Source: Escherichia coli (lineage in GTDB: Bacteria; Pseudomonadota; Gammaproteobacteria; Enterobacterales; Enterobacteriaceae). Taken from it: a stretch of DNA of 64,000 nt. Both the position numbers and the translations under genes were made by a program. Where the stretch lies: the NCBI RefSeq assembly GCF_030384885.1, contig NZ_CP128613.1. One strand, 5' to 3'. Shown piece after piece: positions 59,571-64,000 of this stretch (position 1 is the first letter of the stretch; each line of letters begins with the position of its first letter). The notes beneath the pieces are model-generated. The model ran no database searches. It was not told the origin of the DNA and was given only the letters and a program-made list of their open reading frames with translations.

Positions 59571-60900
59571 CTTCTGTCGTTTGCGGTGGCACGCCCGTTC
59601 CGCTTGGTTTACGGCGCTTACCAATATTTTTGGTGTCGCGATGGCGTTTTTTCACCCGCGGCTTCTCTTTCTCTTTAGCTTTTTTCTTCTCGGCACGTTT
59701 AGCCAGTACTTTCTTCGATGGCTTGCCGGTCTGCTTTTCGCTTGGCGCACGCGTTTTCGGGCGTAACTCATCAATAACGCGAGCTTTAATTGGCTCTTCA
59801 ATATAGCGGCCTACTTTGCCCAGCAGCAGATGGTCATGAGCTTCAACCAGCGAAATCGCGGTTCCCTTACGACCGGCGCGCGCGGTACGTCCGATACGGT
59901 GTAAATAAGTATCGCCACTGCGTGGCATATCGAAGTTAAAGACATGGCTGACATCCGGAATGTCGATACCGCGCGCGGCAACATCGGTGGCAACCAGTAC
60001 GTTAACGCGACCTTCGGTCAGACGCTTGATCGCTTCGTTACGCTTGCCTTGTACCATCTCACCTTCGAGATAGCAGTTGTTGATGCCCGCTTCGCGCAGC
60101 CAGTTTGCCAACTCATGCACACGCTCACGCTTACGCACAAATACAATTGAGCGGGTCGCTTCCGGTTGTTTTAACAGATGCACCAGTAATGCGGTTTTAT
60201 GCTCAAGATCATCAGCGCGGTAATACCACTGATGAATCTTTTTGCGCTCACGGGTGGATGGATTCGCAGAAACTTCCACCGGATCTTCAAGCAGACGCTC
60301 GGCAAAATCCTGAATGGCATCGCCTTCAAGCGTTGCCGAGAAGAGCAGGGTCTGTTTACGCCAGCGCGTTTCGCCTGCAATATGTTCGATATCCTGAGCA
60401 AAACCCATATCCAGCATACGGTCTGCTTCGTCGAGGATCAGCGTTTCAACCGCGCGGCAATCGAAGTTCTCTTCTTTTATGTATTGCAGCAGACGTCCGG
60501 TCGTGGCAACCACGATATCCTGGTTTTCGCTGAATACTTCCGCGTGGTTCATATAGGCTACGCCGCCGGTGATGGTGGCGATATCCAGATGCGTATGTTT
60601 CGCCAGTTCGCGGGCATGATCGGCCACCTGCATCGCCAGTTCGCGAGTCGGGGTGAGGATCAAAATACGCGGCGGACCGGATTTCTTACGGGGGAAATCG
60701 AGCAGGTGCTGCAACGCTGGCAGCAGATACGCCGCCGTTTTACCGGTGCCTGTCGGCGCAGAACCGAGTACATCACGGCCATCGAGCGCAGGCGGAATGG
60801 CGGCAGCCTGAATGGCGGTCGGGCGAGTGAAACCTTTATCCTGGAGGGCTTCCAGCAGGCTTTCGTCGAGTTCAAGTTCGGAAAAAGTCGTTACAGTCAT
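59566..60900 (-). CDS. srmB: ATP-dependent DEAD-box RNA helicase SrmB
   Basis: 444 aa, motifs [17 protein letters not shown]. Confidence 0.95.
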   Translation of the reverse strand: MTVTTFSELELDESLLEALQDKGFTRPTAIQAAAIPPALDGRDVLGSAPTGTGKTAAYLLPALQHLLDFPRKKSGPPRILILTPTRELAMQVADHARELAKHTHLDIATITGGVAYMNHAEVFSENQDIVVATTGRLLQYIKEENFDCRAVETLILDEADRMLDMGFAQDIEHIAGETRWRKQTLLFSATLEGDAIQDFAERLLEDPVEVSANPSTRERKKIHQWYYRADDLEHKTALLVHLLKQPEATRSIVFVRKRERVHELANWLREAGINNCYLEGEMVQGKRNEAIKRLTEGRVNVLVATDVAARGIDIPDVSHVFNFDMPRSGDTYLHRIGRTARAGRKGTAISLVEAHDHLLLGKVGRYIEEPIKARVIDELRPKTRAPSEKQTGKPSKKVLAKRAEKKKAKEKEKPRVKKRHRDTKNIGKRRKPSGTGVPPQTTEE

Positions 60901-61031
60901 GTTCTACCTCTGTGTGGGGCGCTGATTATAGACGTTACGGCTGCAATCTTCATCTGTTTGTATGGATATCGCTTCTCGGGTATTGTTCACACCCGGTGCT
61001 ATCGCCGTTTTTCCTGCAAGGTTTTATTTTC

Positions 61032-61769
61032 ATGTCACAGTCTACATCCGTGCTTCGTCGTAATGGATTTACTTTTAAACAGTTTTTTGTTGCTCACGAT
61101 CGCTGTGCGATGAAAGTGGGAACGGATGGCATTTTGCTGGGCGCATGGGCACCGGTGGCTGGGGTAAAACGTTGCCTTGATATCGGCGCGGGTAGCGGGT
61201 TGCTGGCATTAATGCTGGCGCAGCGAACCGATGACAGCGTGATGATTGATGCCGTTGAACTGGAAAGTGAAGCTGCGACTCAGGCGCAGGAAAATATCAA
61301 CCAGTCCCCGTGGGCAGAGCGGATTAATATCTATCCGGCGGATATTCAGCAGTGGATCACACAGCAGACAGCACGCTTTGATTTAATCATCAGTAACCCG
61401 CCTTATTATCAGCAGGGCGTTGAGTGCGCTACGCCGCAGAGGGAACAGGCACGCTATACCACTACGCTTGATCATCAATCGTTGCTAACCTGCGCGGCGG
61501 AGTGCATTACTGAAGAGGGATTTTTTTGCGTGGTGTTGCCAGAGCAGATTGGTAATGGTTTTACTGAACTGGCATTAAGAATGGGCTGGCATTTACGTTT
61601 ACGGACGGATGTGGCGGAAAACGAAACGCGACAGCCGCATCGGGTGCTGCTGGCATTCTCCCCACAGGCGGGAGAATGCTATAGCGATCGCTTAGTGATT
61701 CGTGGGCCAGACCAGAGCTATTCCGAAGCGTACACTGCGCTGACCCAGGCTTTTTATTTGTTTATGTAA
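61032..61769 (+). CDS. yfiC: tRNA (adenine37-N6)-methyltransferase YfiC (TrmN6)
   Basis: Start at [13 protein letters not shown]; MTase motifs DIGAGSG and NPPY. Confidence 0.85.
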   Translation: MSQSTSVLRRNGFTFKQFFVAHDRCAMKVGTDGILLGAWAPVAGVKRCLDIGAGSGLLALMLAQRTDDSVMIDAVELESEAATQAQENINQSPWAERINIYPADIQQWITQQTARFDLIISNPPYYQQGVECATPQREQARYTTTLDHQSLLTCAAECITEEGFFCVVLPEQIGNGFTELALRMGWHLRLRTDVAENETRQPHRVLLAFSPQAGECYSDRLVIRGPDQSYSEAYTALTQAFYLFM

Positions 61770-63376
61770 AGGTTGTCGGGGGAAAGGATCGATGGGCCAG
61801 AGTGAGTGAGCAACTCCGGGTAATCCAGCGTGAAATGCAGCCCCCGGCTCTCCTTGCGCACCATCGCACAGCGAACAATCAACTCGGCAACCTGTACCAG
61901 ATTACGCAGCTCCAGCAAATTATTTGATACGCGGAAATGGGCGTAATATTCGTCTATTTCCTGCTGAAGCATATTGATCCGCCGCAGGGCGCGTTCCAGA
62001 CGTTTCGTTGTGCGCACAATGCCGACGTAATCCCACATAAACAGACGTAGCTCGTGCCAGTTATGTTGAATCACCACCAGTTCGTCAGGGTTCTCAACAC
62101 GGCTTTCATCCCACGGCGGTAACGTACTGACGTCGTGGGCATAAGGCATACGCCTGGTAATATCCTCCGCCGCCGACCAGCCGTAAACCAGACACTCCAG
62201 TAATGAATTTGAGGCCATGCGGTTAGCGCCGTGTAAGCCGGTATAACTCACTTCGCCAATGGCGTACAAACCTTCGACGTCCGTACGCCCATGATCATCA
62301 ACCATTACACCACCGCAGGTATAGTGTGCAGCAGGCACAATCGGCACAGGGCCTTTCGTGAGATCAATCCCCAGTCCCAATAACTTTTCATAAATCATCG
62401 GGAAATGCTGACGAATAAAATCGGCAGGCTTATGGCTGATGTCGAGATACATACAATCCGCACCGAGGCGTTTCATTTCATGATCAATAGCGCGGGCGAC
62501 AATATCGCGCGGGGCCAGTTCGCCGCGCTCATCGAAATCGGGCATAAAACGCGTGCCATCCGGGCGCTTGAGATAAGCACCTTCGCCGCGCAGTGCTTCC
62601 GTTAACAGGAAATTTCGTGCCTGTGGGTGATAGAGCGCGGTAGGGTGAAACTGATTAAATTCGAGATTGGCGACCCGGCAGCCCGCGCGCCACGCCATAG
62701 CAATGCCATCGCCAGAAGAAATATCCGGATTGGTGGTGTACTGATAAACCTTCGACGCACCGCCGGTTGCCAGCACAACCGCTTTTGCGTGGCAGGTTTC
62801 AACCGTTTCTTTATTTCGGTTCCATACCCACGCGCCTACAACTCGTCGCGTGCCCGGCAGGCCAATTTTGTCAGAGACAATCAGATCAACCGCGTTGCTG
62901 CGCTCCAGCACGCGAATATTCGGATGGTTCTGCGCCTTGCTCACTAGTGTGGTTTCTACTTCTTTACCGGTGGCGTCCGCAGCATGAAGAATTCGTCGGT
63001 GACTATGTCCACCTTCACGGGTCAAATGGTAGCTTTCTTCGCCATTCGATTGAACGTGGGTATCAAACAACACCCCCTGGTCGATTAACCATTGCACACA
63101 AGAACGCGCATTGCTGGCGACAAATTCAACTGCATGGCGATCACAAATACCAGCACCGGCAATCATTGTGTCTTCCACATGCGAATCAATGCTGTCAGTT
63201 TCATCAAACACGGCGGCAATTCCGCCCTGGGCATAAAATGTTGAACCTTCCGTTACTGGGCCTTTACTTAGAACGATGACATGATGCCGGTCAGCCAGAC
63301 GTAGCGCCAGTGAAAGCCCGGCTGCGCCGCTACCGATAATCAACACGTCACATGAATGTTCAGGGAGAGTATTCAT
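61754..63376 (-). CDS. nadB: L-aspartate oxidase
   Basis: 540 aa, FAD-binding [24 protein letters not shown]. Confidence 0.95.
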   Translation of the reverse strand: MNTLPEHSCDVLIIGSGAAGLSLALRLADRHHVIVLSKGPVTEGSTFYAQGGIAAVFDETDSIDSHVEDTMIAGAGICDRHAVEFVASNARSCVQWLIDQGVLFDTHVQSNGEESYHLTREGGHSHRRILHAADATGKEVETTLVSKAQNHPNIRVLERSNAVDLIVSDKIGLPGTRRVVGAWVWNRNKETVETCHAKAVVLATGGASKVYQYTTNPDISSGDGIAMAWRAGCRVANLEFNQFHPTALYHPQARNFLLTEALRGEGAYLKRPDGTRFMPDFDERGELAPRDIVARAIDHEMKRLGADCMYLDISHKPADFIRQHFPMIYEKLLGLGIDLTKGPVPIVPAAHYTCGGVMVDDHGRTDVEGLYAIGEVSYTGLHGANRMASNSLLECLVYGWSAAEDITRRMPYAHDVSTLPPWDESRVENPDELVVIQHNWHELRLFMWDYVGIVRTTKRLERALRRINMLQQEIDEYYAHFRVSNNLLELRNLVQVAELIVRCAMVRKESRGLHFTLDYPELLTHSGPSILSPDNLYINK

Positions 63377-63783
63377 TTTCTTTGTTTAATTTACTAAACA
63401 CGGTTTGGTCAGCATAGCATCATGTTGTGCGATTAAACACCTGCTATTTTGATTTTTGTTACAGGGGCTAAACAGACCGAATCACGGCGACGAGAAAACG
63501 AGAAGTTACTGGCTGGCGAAGGATTAGGTGGTGAAATAAAAAGGCCGTTGGGTTACTCTTCAGGCAGTTAAATGGGCATTTCTACACAGATAATGCGATG
63601 TTCAGATTCTGTAGACTTATAATGATAGATAATGATCCGTCTACAGCATGACAAACAAAAACAGATGCGTTACGGAACTTTACAAAAACGAGACACTCTA
63701 ACCCTTTGCTTGCTCAAATTGCAGCTAATGGAGTGGCGTTTCGATAGCGCGTGGAAATTTGGTTTGGGGAGACTTTACCTCGG

Positions 63784-64000
63784 ATGAGCGAGCAGTTAAC
63801 GGACCAGGTCCTGGTTGAACGGGTCCAGAAGGGAGATCAGAAAGCCTTTAACTTACTGGTAGTGCGCTATCAGCATAAAGTGGCGAGTCTGGTTTCCCGC
63901 TATGTGCCGTCGGGTGATGTTCCCGATGTGGTACAAGAAGCTTTTATTAAAGCCTATCGTGCGCTGGATTCGTTCCGGGGAGATAGCGCTTTTTATACAT
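63784..64000 (+). CDS. rpoE: RNA polymerase sigma-E factor, N-terminal part (3' end outside the window)
   Basis: MSEQLTDQVLVERVQKGDQKAFNLLVVRYQHKVASLVSRY... Confidence 0.9.
   Translation, partial: MSEQLTDQVLVERVQKGDQKAFNLLVVRYQHKVASLVSRYVPSGDVPDVVQEAFIKAYRALDSFRGDSAFYT

Noticed and set aside
60199-61113. 304-aa plus-strand ORF overlapping srmB
   Set aside because: Antisense to the DEAD-box helicase gene, which has clear motifs; the yfiC start is better placed at 61032.
62767-63279. 170-aa plus-strand ORF inside nadB
   Set aside because: Antisense to the conserved nadB frame.

Overview
Escherichia-type chromosomal segment, in reverse orientation relative to the E. coli K-12 map. It opens with the 3' part of an autotransporter gene, then a ~14.3 kb P2/186-like prophage remnant integrated at the 3' end of ssrA, bounded by a 44-bp direct repeat of the tmRNA 3' end (2140-2183) and ssrA itself (16498-16860). 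Conserved core follows: smpB, ratA-ratB, bamE, recN, nadK, grpE, corE, ypjD, ffh, rpsP-rimM-trmD-rplS, yfiB-dgcN-yfiR, yfiL, aroF-tyrA, pheL-pheA, raiA, bamD, rluD, yfiH, clpB, a complete rrn operon (16S, tRNA-Glu, 23S, 5S), kgtP, yfiM, pssA, patZ, yfiP, trxC, yfiF, ung, grcA, eamB, yfiE, srmB, yfiC, nadB and the start of rpoE. The prophage keeps its lysogeny and early-replication module (int, cI, apl-like, cII-like, dam, gene A) but has lost almost all morphogenesis genes. Its AT-rich cargo is the main interest: (i) a tightly coupled two-gene operon between the att repeat and int, encoding a membrane-anchored dCTP-deaminase/dUTPase-fold protein and a divergent ThyX-like protein, which I flag as a candidate undescribed nucleotide-targeting system; (ii) a 778-aa RloC/PrrC-like ATPase with a CxxC zinc hook at the position equivalent to the P2 tin/old hotspot, alongside a LexA-box-controlled small ORF plus dinI-like gene and a lipoprotein. 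Outside the island, an internally deleted IS4 copy with a 13-bp target duplication sits in the bamD terminator, and an AT-rich acidic ORF lies between grpE and corE. All protein assignments are from reading the translations against remembered family motifs; no database search was run.
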